Shown here: positions 36,821-45,485 of the stretch, piece after piece
Position numbering within the stretch: the stretch's first letter is position 1
How the letters are laid out: each line of letters starts with the position of its first letter
Assembly: GCA_903832295.1 (NCBI GenBank)
Contig: CAILAZ010000227.1
Span: forward strand, 12,998-76,997
Source of the DNA: an uncultured Acidobacteriota bacterium
Lineage (GTDB): Bacteria > Acidobacteriota > Terriglobia > Terriglobales > Acidobacteriaceae
Length of the DNA: 64,000 bases
Direction of reading: 5' to 3'
Made by a program: the position numbers and the translations under genes
Notes under the pieces: generated by a model
What the model was told of the DNA's origin: nothing
The model's input: the letters and a program-made list of their open reading frames with translations, nothing else
Database searches by the model: none

Positions 36821-37455
36821 CCTGGACCAGCGCCGTCGGAAAATATTGCGGAGTGGTGCTGTATAAGATCGTGGACGGTCTTGCCCTGACCCGCATATCC
36901 CCCAACACCTTGACGTTCATTGGATTGATCATCAATGTTGTGGCGGCGTTGTTCTTTGGGTTCGCTAGCTCTGACAACAATCAACCGCGGCGATTCGTCT
37001 ATGCCGGGCTGGTCATCATTGGAGCTGGTATTTTTGACATGGTGGATGGGCGGGTGGCTCGGGCCACCAACCAGGTCACCGTCTTCGGCGCTTTCTTTGA
37101 CTCGGTGATCGATCGCTACTCTGACGTGGCGATCTTCTTTGGCCTGCTGGTGTACTATGCCCGCGCCAACCGTTTCTTTTATGTGGTGCTGGTTGCCTTC
37201 GTCATGACCACATCCGTCATGGTCAGCTACACGCGCGCCCGGGCTGAGTCTCTGATTCCCACCTGTAAAGTCGGATTTATGGAACGTCCAGAGCGGATCG
37301 TGCTGGTGATTATCGGTGCCCTGTCTAACCGCATGGGACCGGTCCTCTGGGTGCTGGCCGTGCTCTCAACCATGACAGTCATTCACCGCATCCGCTTCAC
37401 CTACGTGGAAAGCACCGCGCGCGAAGCTGCTGAGCGCCAGACCACGACAGCTTAG
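36817..37455 (+). CDS. CDP-alcohol phosphatidyltransferase family protein
   Basis: DMVDGRVARATNQVTVFGAFFDSVIDRYSD matches DG(x2)AR(x8)G(x3)D(x3)D. ATGA overlap with greA. Confidence 0.85.
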   Translation: MTWTSAVGKYCGVVLYKIVDGLALTRISPNTLTFIGLIINVVAALFFGFASSDNNQPRRFVYAGLVIIGAGIFDMVDGRVARATNQVTVFGAFFDSVIDRYSDVAIFFGLLVYYARANRFFYVVLVAFVMTTSVMVSYTRARAESLIPTCKVGFMERPERIVLVIIGALSNRMGPVLWVLAVLSTMTVIHRIRFTYVESTAREAAERQTTTA

Positions 37456-37477
37456 ACTTTTCATATCAATCGACTAC

Positions 37478-37505
37478 GGTCCGGCTTCCGCCGGGCCTTT
37501 GTTTT
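37478..37505 (+). terminator. intrinsic terminator
   Basis: GGTCCGGC (37478-37485), loop TTCC, GCCGGGCC (37490-37497, one G-U pair), then TTTGTTTT. Confidence 0.75.
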
Positions 37506-37578
37506 GAGTCTGCTGTCACCCGGGTGCAGGCGTTTCAGGTGATATGCTGAAGCGTTCATTTTCGAGTCGAGGTGAGTT

Positions 37579-38493
37579 GTGCCGTCTCCCATTATTCTTG
37601 TACACGGTGGCGCCTGGGCCATCCCGGATGCAGCTTGTCCCGCTCATCAGCAAGGCGTGGAGCGCGCGGCGGCCGCTGGTTGGCGGGCGCTGGAACGCGG
37701 GGCTTCCTCATTGGACGCAGTGGAAGAAGCCGTCGCAGTGTTGGAAGATGACGATACCTTTGACGCCGGACGCGGGGCCTTCCTGAATCGAGATGGACGA
37801 GTGCAACTGGATGCGCTGATCATGGACGGCGCGAGCCTGAAAGCAGGAGGAGTGGGCTGCGTCGAGCGAATTTTGAATCCGGTTCGGGCGGCCAGGGTAG
37901 TGCTGGAGAAGAGTCCGCACATCTATTTCGTCGCTGAGGGTGCCGAGCGCTTTGCCACCGAACACGGCATTCCGCTGATCGACAACAGTGAACTGGTGCT
38001 GCAGCGCGAGGTTGAGCGTTGGAAGAGTGCCGCAGAACAGCGATATTTGAGCGTTCCTGCGGAATTCAGCGGAGACTCACATGACACCGTGGGAGCAGTA
38101 GCGCTGGACGTCCAGGGTAATATTGCAGCCGCCACTTCGACAGGGGGCACGCTGAATAAAGCTCCTGGGCGGGTGGGCGACTCCTCGCTGATAGGATGCG
38201 GCTGCTATGCCGACAACGAGACGGCTGCCGCCTCCACCACGGGATGGGGCGAACCAATGATGAAGTTGGTATTCGCCAAGTGGGCGACTGATAAAGTCAC
38301 AGCCGATGTGGCTCCAGCACAGGTCGCGCCAGCATCCATTCACTATCTCAAGCGCCGACTGAACGGCCAAGGTGGAATTATCCTGCTGGACCGCGAAGGA
38401 CGGATCGGCCTGGCGCACAATACTCCGCGCATGGCCTGGGCCTGGCGGAGCCAACAGTCCAGCGAGAGTGGGTTGACCGCTCCGCAGCAATAG
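37579..38493 (+). CDS. iaaA: isoaspartyl peptidase / L-asparaginase (Ntn hydrolase)
   Basis: GTG start. Autoprocessing site HDTVGAVALD; GAGRGAFLN-type glycine-rich loops. Confidence 0.85.
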   Translation: MPSPIILVHGGAWAIPDAACPAHQQGVERAAAAGWRALERGASSLDAVEEAVAVLEDDDTFDAGRGAFLNRDGRVQLDALIMDGASLKAGGVGCVERILNPVRAARVVLEKSPHIYFVAEGAERFATEHGIPLIDNSELVLQREVERWKSAAEQRYLSVPAEFSGDSHDTVGAVALDVQGNIAAATSTGGTLNKAPGRVGDSSLIGCGCYADNETAAASTTGWGEPMMKLVFAKWATDKVTADVAPAQVAPASIHYLKRRLNGQGGIILLDREGRIGLAHNTPRMAWAWRSQQSSESGLTAPQQ

Positions 38494-38535
38494 ACGAGGC
38501 AGAATCTTACGCCGACACACTTCTCGCCAAGAACG

Positions 38536-39045
38536 ATGCAGCTCACCGCAATCCTGCTGGTTCTCTCCGGCACGATGGCAGCCGCGCCCGCGTGGACCCC
38601 GGCAAAGTTCCGGGGTCTGGTCGTCGGGAGCGCGCGCAGGGCCGACGTTGTGCGTGTATTGGGTTCCCCCGACTCCGATACGCAGGACGGCAAGGGTGAA
38701 ACCCTGACCTATAAGTCAGGTGGCGACCATAAGGGAAGCTTGACGATTGCTGTAAACAGGCAGGGAATTGTAGTTGAGATTCAAGAGGCGTTCCCCGTCT
38801 CAATCCCGCGCACACAAATCTACAAGGAGTTCGGCAAGGATGCCCTGACCGCTCACTTCTCGCAGGCGACGTGTGCAGGCAGGAGCCTCTATCGCGATCC
38901 GAAGGGAAACGTGGAACTGACGCTCTTTCCGGCAAGAGGCATCGCCGTCTGGGCCGACCAGTACGGTTATGATTTCGCGGCAATTCAGTATGTTGCGCGC
39001 TTTCCCGGGTTGGCACGCAAACCGTCGTGCACCACCCCGCGTTGA
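38536..39045 (+). CDS. secreted hypothetical protein
   Basis: 169 aa with signal peptide MQLTAILLVLSGTMAAAPA. No recognisable motif. Confidence 0.5.
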   Translation: MQLTAILLVLSGTMAAAPAWTPAKFRGLVVGSARRADVVRVLGSPDSDTQDGKGETLTYKSGGDHKGSLTIAVNRQGIVVEIQEAFPVSIPRTQIYKEFGKDALTAHFSQATCAGRSLYRDPKGNVELTLFPARGIAVWADQYGYDFAAIQYVARFPGLARKPSCTTPR

Positions 39046-39083
39046 CTCGCGGTCGAATCCTAAATTGTTGTTGGAGGTGCGCC

Positions 39084-39941
39084 TTGCGCGTACGCATTCT
39101 TCTTCCCGCTCTTTTGCTGCTGTGCACCTGTGGCTGCAAGAACGAGAAACCCGCCCCAGAACGCCGTTTCCCCATAGAAGGACGTGTCGTTGCAGTCGAT
39201 CCAAAGGAACACACGATCACGCTTGACCATCACGAAGTGGTCGGCTACATGAAAGCCATGACCATGGGCTTCACGGTGCGCGACGCGTGGGTTTTCAATG
39301 TGGTGCATCCGGGAGATTCACTCCAGGCAACGCTGGTGGTCTCCGATGATGCTTATCTGGAGAATATCTCCGTAACGCAGGCGCGAGGGACCGCGGAACT
39401 CTCCAACACCTCGACCGCGCATTTTCCCCAGATAGGCGAACAGGTTCCTGACTTCCACTTCGTGAACCAGGATGGGAAGCCGATTCACCTGTCACAGTTC
39501 CGCGGTCAGCCTCTACTGATTACCTTTATCTATTCGCGCTGTCCGCTGCCGGATTACTGCATTCGGATGAGCAATAACTTTGCCGAGGTTGCAAAGACAT
39601 TGCAGAAGGACAATGCCGCATCCTTCGCAAAACTACAGATGCTTTCCATCAGCATCGACCCGGAATTCGATGATCCCAAAGTCCTGCGAACGTACGGAAC
39701 CAGCTATGCAGGAGAGCTAGACCCGATGTTCAAGCATTGGACCTTCGCATCCGGCAAGGACGAAGACATTCGTAAGGCTGCTGAGTTTTTCGCACTTTCC
39801 TACGAAAAGCAGAATGGCCAGATCATCCACGACCTGCGCACAGCGCTGTTGGACCGGGACGGGAAGGTCGCCGGCTTTTACCGGGGAAACCAATGGAGGC
39901 CCGCTGAATTGGCTGCTCAGCTTACGTCGCTACAGAGATGA
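39084..39941 (+). CDS. lipoprotein fusing a CusF-like Cu(I)-binding domain to a SCO1/SenC thioredoxin-like domain
   Basis: ORF 39027..39941. The likely TTG start at 39084 (GGAGG 6 nt upstream) gives MRVRILLPALLLLCTCGC (lipobox) and removes the overlap with the upstream gene. ITLDHHEVVGYMKAMTMGFTV resembles the CusF H/M/M site. The SCO part has RCPLPDYC and a conserved His (IIHDLR). Confidence 0.75.
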   Translation: MRVRILLPALLLLCTCGCKNEKPAPERRFPIEGRVVAVDPKEHTITLDHHEVVGYMKAMTMGFTVRDAWVFNVVHPGDSLQATLVVSDDAYLENISVTQARGTAELSNTSTAHFPQIGEQVPDFHFVNQDGKPIHLSQFRGQPLLITFIYSRCPLPDYCIRMSNNFAEVAKTLQKDNAASFAKLQMLSISIDPEFDDPKVLRTYGTSYAGELDPMFKHWTFASGKDEDIRKAAEFFALSYEKQNGQIIHDLRTALLDRDGKVAGFYRGNQWRPAELAAQLTSLQR

Positions 39942-40058
39942 ACTTTCGCAGGGTATGCATGCACCACGTTGGTGCGTGATTGATTCGCCATCGAAGGGGA
40001 GATTTCGGTTTGACTGCCGGTGTGAATCTTTTGTGAAGATTCTTGCATCCATGCTGGA

Positions 40059-40763
40059 ATGGAAGTGGGCCTGCGAGGCGCGATCACCGAAGTTGCAACC
40101 ACAGCTTCGGGAGAGCGCTCAGGAGTGTTGCTGCGATTGCTGTTTCCAATCGTACTGCTGGAAGCAGCGCTCTGGGCACCCCTTCCGCTTGCGGTGCTCT
40201 GCGGCATTTGTGCATTGTGGTATGTGAGCTGGCATCTCTGGGAAGTGGCTGGAAAATCAGCCGCCCTTGGATTGGATTTGCGCGGGTTGCTGAAGGCGCC
40301 GGTGTTGCTGGGCGCAACCTCTATGATTGCGATTGCGCTGCTCGCCGCAGCTTACTACTCCGGATCGTTACATCGTCTCTGGGGGCTGCAGAATCCCTGG
40401 TACGCCGCACTGGGGTATGTGTGCTGGGCTCTGATACAGGAATTCATGTTGCAGTGCTTTTGCTTTCGGATGCTCAGGGTGCTGGTGTCTCGCGTTGGGT
40501 CGCTGCTCTTATCGGGAGTAGTATTTTCAATCGCTCATCTGCCCAATCCCAGCTTGACACTGCTCACCTTCTTTGCGGGCATCGCCTTCACCTTCATCTA
40601 CGTCCGTAAGCGCAATTTGTACGTCGTGGCGCTGATTCATGCGATTCTTGGCCTGACGCTCGCAGTGTCCGCACCGGACGCCTGGTTCCATGGGTTGCGC
40701 GTAGGTCGCGATTTTCTTGAAGGCCCCCGAGCAATCACGGCAGAGGCTATACCCCGTCGTTAA
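40059..40763 (+). CDS. CPBP-family intramembrane glutamic protease (CAAX/Abi)
   Basis: Motif 1 QEFMLQCFCFR (EExxxR-like), motif 2 FSIAHL, motif 3 IHAILG, in a polytopic protein. Confidence 0.75.
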   Translation: MEVGLRGAITEVATTASGERSGVLLRLLFPIVLLEAALWAPLPLAVLCGICALWYVSWHLWEVAGKSAALGLDLRGLLKAPVLLGATSMIAIALLAAAYYSGSLHRLWGLQNPWYAALGYVCWALIQEFMLQCFCFRMLRVLVSRVGSLLLSGVVFSIAHLPNPSLTLLTFFAGIAFTFIYVRKRNLYVVALIHAILGLTLAVSAPDAWFHGLRVGRDFLEGPRAITAEAIPRR

Positions 40764-40933
40764 CCTTGGTCCTCTTCCACTTCCATGGGCTTCTTGTGCT
40801 TCCCGCCGCGCATCTCAGCCTTGGTTTTTGCATCCGGAATTGCGCGGGTTGATTTTGGCATGCCAATATTCACGCGTGCGGCGTCTTTTATGGCTTTCAC
40901 CTTACTGAACACCTCTTTTTTGCGGGCTTTCAT
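40760..40933 (-). CDS. small highly basic hypothetical protein (57 aa)
   Basis: ORF 40760..40972 trimmed to ATG 40933 (GGAGGG SD about 9 nt upstream): MKARKKEVFSKVKAIKDAARVNIGMPKSTRAIPDAKTKAEMRGGKHKKPMEVEEDQG. No family recognised. Confidence 0.35.
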   Translation of the reverse strand: MKARKKEVFSKVKAIKDAARVNIGMPKSTRAIPDAKTKAEMRGGKHKKPMEVEEDQG

Positions 40934-40961
40934 ATCTACTACCCTCCAAACAAGTGAAATA

Positions 40962-40992
40962 TTCTTGTTCAAGAATAATTCTGAAACAAGAA
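40962..40992. promoter_or_regulatory. 31-bp near-perfect palindrome (candidate Fur/PerR operator)
   Basis: TTCTTGTTCAAGAAT-A-ATTCTGAAACAAGAA, with 2 mismatches between the arms. It sits 27 nt upstream of the Fur-family gene in the divergent spacer. Confidence 0.5.
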
Positions 40993-41018
40993 CTACTCTC
41001 GTTTGATATCATAAACAC

Positions 41019-41465
41019 ATGGGTCAAACCCTGGACAGTCAATTTCAGCAACTCTGCCGCGAGAAGCAGTTGGCCGTAACGCATCAGCGTTTGGTGGTTT
41101 ACCGCGCGTTGATGCAGATGTGCGATCATCCCAGTCCGGAGCAGATTTACGAACGAGTGCGGGGCGAGCTGCCATCCATTTCCCTGGGCACAGTGTACAA
41201 AACCCTGCACGTCTTCCTGGCGGCCGGACTGATTCGCGAAGTAAGTCCTCATCACGGTTCCCTTCGCATCGAGCCGAATGCGGAACACCACTGCCATTTC
41301 TTCTGCCTTCAGTGTCACACCATTACAGACCTTGAGCCAAGCGAGGTGGATGTGGTGCCACTGATGAATTCTGTTCCCGAGAACTTTCAAGTCGATCGAG
41401 TCTCATTGGAAGTTCGGGGTGTATGCGGGCATTGTTCGGGAAGTTTTGTTTCTGCGGACGCCTGA
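41019..41465 (+). CDS. Fur-family transcriptional regulator (PerR-like by context)
   Basis: 148 aa: winged-helix SLGTVYKTLHVF, metal sites HHCHFFCLQC and CGHC. Sits directly upstream of ahpC-ahpD. Confidence 0.85.
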   Translation: MGQTLDSQFQQLCREKQLAVTHQRLVVYRALMQMCDHPSPEQIYERVRGELPSISLGTVYKTLHVFLAAGLIREVSPHHGSLRIEPNAEHHCHFFCLQCHTITDLEPSEVDVVPLMNSVPENFQVDRVSLEVRGVCGHCSGSFVSADA

Positions 41466-41515
41466 AACGCAAGCCGATTCATTCACATAGCTTCTACTCA
41501 ATAAGGAGATTACTA

Positions 41516-42052
41516 ATGCTGGGTGTTGGAGAAAAGTTTCCCACATATTCACTATCCGCAGTTGTCAGCCTGGAAAAGGGCAAGGAATTCACCACCATTA
41601 CGAATGAGAGCTTTGAAGGCAAGTGGAAGGTTTACTTCTTCTGGCCCAAGGATTTCACCTTTGTGTGCCCAACCGAGATCGCAGGCTTCGGCAAGCACGA
41701 CAAGGAGTTCAAGGATCGCGACGCGCAGCTGCTGGGCGGCTCGGTTGATTCCGAGTGGGTTCATCTCGCATGGCGCAAGGATCATGCCGACCTGAAGAAC
41801 CTGCCTTTCCCGATGCTGGCGGACTTCAAGCGTGAGTTGGCAGGAGAACTTGGCATTCTGGATCCAGTTGCGGGTGCGGCGCAACGCGCAGCCTACATCG
41901 TCGATCCCCAGGGAGTGATCCGCTTCGTGTACGTTACCGACCTTTCGGTAGGACGCGAGCCGAAGGAGGTTCTCCGCGTGCTGGACGCATTGCAGACCGA
42001 CGAACTTTGTCCCTGCGGCTGGCAGAAGGGCGAAGAAGTCCTGCACGTGTAA
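41516..42052 (+). CDS. ahpC: peroxiredoxin (alkyl hydroperoxide reductase C)
   Basis: ORF 41423..42052 trimmed to ATG 41516 (AAGGAG SD). Peroxidatic Cys motif DFTFVCPTE, resolving Cys near the C-terminus (ELCPCGW). Confidence 0.92.
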   Translation: MLGVGEKFPTYSLSAVVSLEKGKEFTTITNESFEGKWKVYFFWPKDFTFVCPTEIAGFGKHDKEFKDRDAQLLGGSVDSEWVHLAWRKDHADLKNLPFPMLADFKRELAGELGILDPVAGAAQRAAYIVDPQGVIRFVYVTDLSVGREPKEVLRVLDALQTDELCPCGWQKGEEVLHV

Positions 42053-42120
42053 TCTTCCTGAAACCGGGCGCGGCCCCGCAGGGCCGCGCCTGCTACCTCG
42101 CACCGAAGAAAGCCAGACAT

Positions 42121-42648
42121 ATGACAGTTGAAGCCATTCTAGAAACATTGCCTGAGTATGCGAAGGACCTGCGCCTGAACTGGTCAGCGCTAGTAAACGC
42201 GACGGAATTGAACGAGAACCAGAAGTGGGGATCGTTTGTGGCGGCAGCATACGGTGCGCGCAGTCCGCAACTGCTGGCTGCCGTAGAAGCAGAAGCCGCG
42301 ACATACTTGGCACCTGTGGTCATCAACGCCGCCAAAGGAGCCGCGGCGATCATGGGCATGAACAACATCTACTACCGCTTCCATCACCTCAGCACCAATG
42401 AAAAGTACGCCACTATGCCGGCACGGCTACGGATGAATATCATGCGCACGCATGGGGCGGACAACACCGACTTTGAACTGTGGGCACTGGTGGTTTCCGC
42501 CATCAACGGATGCGGCAAGTGCGTTAGTTCCCACGAGAAAGTGTTGCTGGAAAAGGGTGTAACTGAGGAGATGATTCTGGCAGGAGTACGCATCGCCGCC
42601 GTGGTAAGTGCGACGGCGGCGGCTTTGGACGCGCTGCAACCTGCATGA
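42121..42648 (+). CDS. ahpD: alkyl hydroperoxide reductase AhpD (carboxymuconolactone decarboxylase fold)
   Basis: ORF 42007..42648 trimmed to ATG 42121 (MTVEAILETLPEYAKDLRLN...). CxxC active site INGCGKCVSSHE. Confidence 0.88.
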   Translation: MTVEAILETLPEYAKDLRLNWSALVNATELNENQKWGSFVAAAYGARSPQLLAAVEAEAATYLAPVVINAAKGAAAIMGMNNIYYRFHHLSTNEKYATMPARLRMNIMRTHGADNTDFELWALVVSAINGCGKCVSSHEKVLLEKGVTEEMILAGVRIAAVVSATAAALDALQPA

Positions 42649-42667
42649 ACGACGGCATTGAAATGCA

Positions 42668-42698
42668 AAACGGCGGGCCTGGGCGCCCGCCGTTTCTT
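42668..42698. terminator. bidirectional intrinsic terminator between ahpD and the kor operon
   Basis: AAACGGCGGGC (42668-42678) pairs with GCCCGCCGTTT (42685-42695). T-runs follow on both strands (TTTCTTG on plus, TTTTGCATTT on minus). Confidence 0.75.
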
Positions 42699-42718
42699 GC
42701 TGCTGGAAATACTCGAAC

Positions 42719-44176
42719 CTATTCTCCGCAGCCGTCCGGTCCTGCAACCGCCCCGACGAGAACTTCGGTGTCGAGATAATTGCGCCCGGCTTCGAGTGCC
42801 TTTTCGTTCATCTCTGCCAGCTTGCGATTCTTAACCAGGCCGCTTAGAACTGCCTGTGCGGTGGTGAATGGCAGGCAGTCGGTGGCCTCCAGAAGCGCTC
42901 CCATCATGACTACGTTCGACACTTTGGCAGATCCGATCTGATCGGCGATCTCGCTGGCGGGTACGCAAGCGACGGTAAGACCTTCAAATTTCAGATCTTC
43001 CGGCAGTTGTCGGCTGTTATAGAGGATCACTCCTCCAGGTCTCACATGGGGCGCAAATTTGCGCAACGACGGCTCGTTCATCGCTACCAGCACATCCGGC
43101 GTTGAGACCAGCGGCGTGCCGACGCGATCATGCGAGAGGGTTACGTCGCAATGGGCGCTGCCGGAACGCATCTCCGGGCCATAGCTGGGCAGCCAGCTTA
43201 CTTCCATGTGCTCGCGCATTCCCATCTCTGCAATCAACTGGCCAAGGAGGAGAATTCCCTGTCCACCAAAGCCGGAAACCTTGATGGTCTTAGCGCGGGT
43301 ATGCTGGCGGCGCGCATGTCTTTCTTCGTCGCTAAGGCGCTTTCCAGAGATTCCAAGCAACTCAGCAACGCCTTTCTGCGGCACCAGGACGGGCTCAAAT
43401 TCCGGCTTGCGATCGCGGTAAACACCCAGGGGAAATTGCTTGATCAGCGTGTCGGCAACCCAGTGCCGGGCAACCGTCGGTTCCATCTTGAGGATCGTTG
43501 GGCAAGGCGAGAGGATTTCGACCATGGTGAATCCTGCGCCTTCCTTCTGGAGTTGAAGTGCCTTCTTCACCGCGCGACGCGCCTGCATGATGTGCTTGGC
43601 GTCGCTGAGGGCAACGCGCTCGATATAAACCGGAGCTTCCAACGCGGAGAGCATTTCTGCCATCTTGATTGGAAAGCCCTCGTTATTCGGGCGACGTCCC
43701 CAGGGGCTGGTCGTGCTGGTTTGGCCTATCAGCGTAGTCGGAGCCATCTGGCCGCCAGTCATGCCGTAGATGGAATTATTGACAAAGAACACGGTGATGT
43801 TCTCACCACGATTGGCGGCGTGAACGATCTCGGCGGTACCGATTGCGGCAAGATCTCCGTCTCCCTGATAGCTGATGACGATCGATCCGGGGTTGGAGCG
43901 CTTGACGGCAGTCGCTACGGCTGGGGCACGCCCGTGGGCGGCCTGCACATTTCCGGTGTCGAAATAGTAGTACGCGAATACCGAGCAACCAACCGGACTG
44001 ACCATAACGGTGCGGTCCTGCAACCCAAGCTCTCCGAGGGCTTCGGCGATTAACTTGTGCGCCACGCCATGGCCGCAGCCAGGGCAATAGTGGGTCTGGT
44101 GCTGGTTTTCATCTTTGCGCTCAAAGCGGTCGAAGAATACCGGCGTCCTACACTGCGAAACGTTATATTCACTCAT
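42719..44176 (-). CDS. korB: 2-oxoacid:ferredoxin oxidoreductase, beta subunit fused to a gamma domain
   Basis: 485 aa. The N-terminal TPP-binding beta part has HYCPGCGHG and GDGD. The C-terminal ~180 aa gamma-type domain has VSGFGGQGILLLGQ...SYGPEMRSG. Confidence 0.85.
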   Translation of the reverse strand: MSEYNVSQCRTPVFFDRFERKDENQHQTHYCPGCGHGVAHKLIAEALGELGLQDRTVMVSPVGCSVFAYYYFDTGNVQAAHGRAPAVATAVKRSNPGSIVISYQGDGDLAAIGTAEIVHAANRGENITVFFVNNSIYGMTGGQMAPTTLIGQTSTTSPWGRRPNNEGFPIKMAEMLSALEAPVYIERVALSDAKHIMQARRAVKKALQLQKEGAGFTMVEILSPCPTILKMEPTVARHWVADTLIKQFPLGVYRDRKPEFEPVLVPQKGVAELLGISGKRLSDEERHARRQHTRAKTIKVSGFGGQGILLLGQLIAEMGMREHMEVSWLPSYGPEMRSGSAHCDVTLSHDRVGTPLVSTPDVLVAMNEPSLRKFAPHVRPGGVILYNSRQLPEDLKFEGLTVACVPASEIADQIGSAKVSNVVMMGALLEATDCLPFTTAQAVLSGLVKNRKLAEMNEKALEAGRNYLDTEVLVGAVAGPDGCGE

Positions 44177-44185
44177 CGCCGCCTC

Positions 44186-45241
44186 CTATACCAACACTTC
44201 CATGCGGGCAAACAACTCGGCCTGGCACTCTTCCGCCGAAGGCACGTTGCCGCCCACACGTCCGTAGAATTCAACCGGCATACTGCCGTTGATCGACAGT
44301 TTCACATCCTCCACCATCTGTCCGGTAGAGAGTTCAACAACCATGACCTTGACTGCGGACTTGGCAGCCGTTGCCAGTGCTTTGGATGGGAAGGGCCAGA
44401 GCGAAATCGGGCGGAAGAGTCCGGCTTTCACACCATGCTGTCTTGCGAGATCGACCGTGGAGCGAAGGATACGGGACACGATACCGTAGCCCACCAGCAG
44501 CACTTCGGCATCTTCCGTGCGGTAGGTTTCAGACCGGCACTCATTACGCTCGCACTCTGAATACTTCTCTTCAAGGTGGCGGATGTGCGCCTCCATGAGA
44601 TCAGGGGTGAGATGGATGGACGATATGAGATTTTTGCGGGTTTCGAGGTCGCCCTTCACTGCCCACGGCTTCTGCGGCACCACCGGCTCAACAAGTTCGA
44701 GATCCAGCGGCTCCATCATCTGTCCTACGAATCCGTCGGCGAGCAGTACCGCAGGATTGCGATACTTGTCGGCCAGTTCGAAAGCCAGCATCGTGAGCGA
44801 GGCCATCTCCTGCACGCTGGACGGGGCCAGGACGATGTTCCGATAACAGCCGTGGCCACCACCCTTGGTCATGCAGAAATAGTCGCTCTGTTCGGGCGCA
44901 ATGTTGCCCAGGCCGGGGCCGGCACGCATTACGTCCGCAATCACACAGGGCAATTCCGCGCCCGCCAGGTAGCTGATACCTTCCTGCATCAGACTGATTC
45001 CAGGTCCGCTGGATGCAGTCATCACACGCTGTCCGGCAGCCGCGGCACCATAGACCATGTTGATAGCCGAAACTTCGCTCTCTGCCTGGAGAAATGTTCC
45101 CCCGACCTGCGGAATCAGCAGCGCCGCATATTCCGCGATTTCACTGGCGGGTGTAATTGGATAACCGTAAAACGACCGGCAGCCCGCCATGATTGCAGCC
45201 TTTACCACAGCCACGTTTCCCTTACACAGTTGCCGCATCAC
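44186..45241 (-). CDS. korA: 2-oxoacid:ferredoxin oxidoreductase alpha subunit
   Basis: 351 aa: [23 protein letters not shown]. Overlaps the delta-subunit stop by about 20 nt; alternative ATG at 45238. Confidence 0.88.
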   Translation of the reverse strand: MMRQLCKGNVAVVKAAIMAGCRSFYGYPITPASEIAEYAALLIPQVGGTFLQAESEVSAINMVYGAAAAGQRVMTASSGPGISLMQEGISYLAGAELPCVIADVMRAGPGLGNIAPEQSDYFCMTKGGGHGCYRNIVLAPSSVQEMASLTMLAFELADKYRNPAVLLADGFVGQMMEPLDLELVEPVVPQKPWAVKGDLETRKNLISSIHLTPDLMEAHIRHLEEKYSECERNECRSETYRTEDAEVLLVGYGIVSRILRSTVDLARQHGVKAGLFRPISLWPFPSKALATAAKSAVKVMVVELSTGQMVEDVKLSINGSMPVEFYGRVGGNVPSAEECQAELFARMEVLV

Positions 45242-45482
45242 TCACCTCGCTCTTTGCGACGGCCAATCGATACACGGTGATCGCACCGGGCTCCGGACAT
45301 ACGAAATAGCAGATGCCGCATCCCGTGCAGATCTCGGCGTGATACTGAGCCGGGTGCACTCCGTAGTGATTTAGTTCCGGGCTGAGGGTCAGCCCCTTCG
45401 GGGGACAGGACTCCACGCAAAGGCCACAGCCTTTGCACTCATCCTGATTGACTTCAACTTTTCCTCTGGCTTGTTCGGCCAT
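45222..45482 (-). CDS. 2x[4Fe-4S] ferredoxin (oxidoreductase delta subunit)
   Basis: 86 aa with [12 protein letters not shown] and [12 protein letters not shown]. Confidence 0.8.
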   Translation of the reverse strand: MAEQARGKVEVNQDECKGCGLCVESCPPKGLTLSPELNHYGVHPAQYHAEICTGCGICYFVCPEPGAITVYRLAVAKSEVSDAATV

Positions 45483-45485
45483 CTC

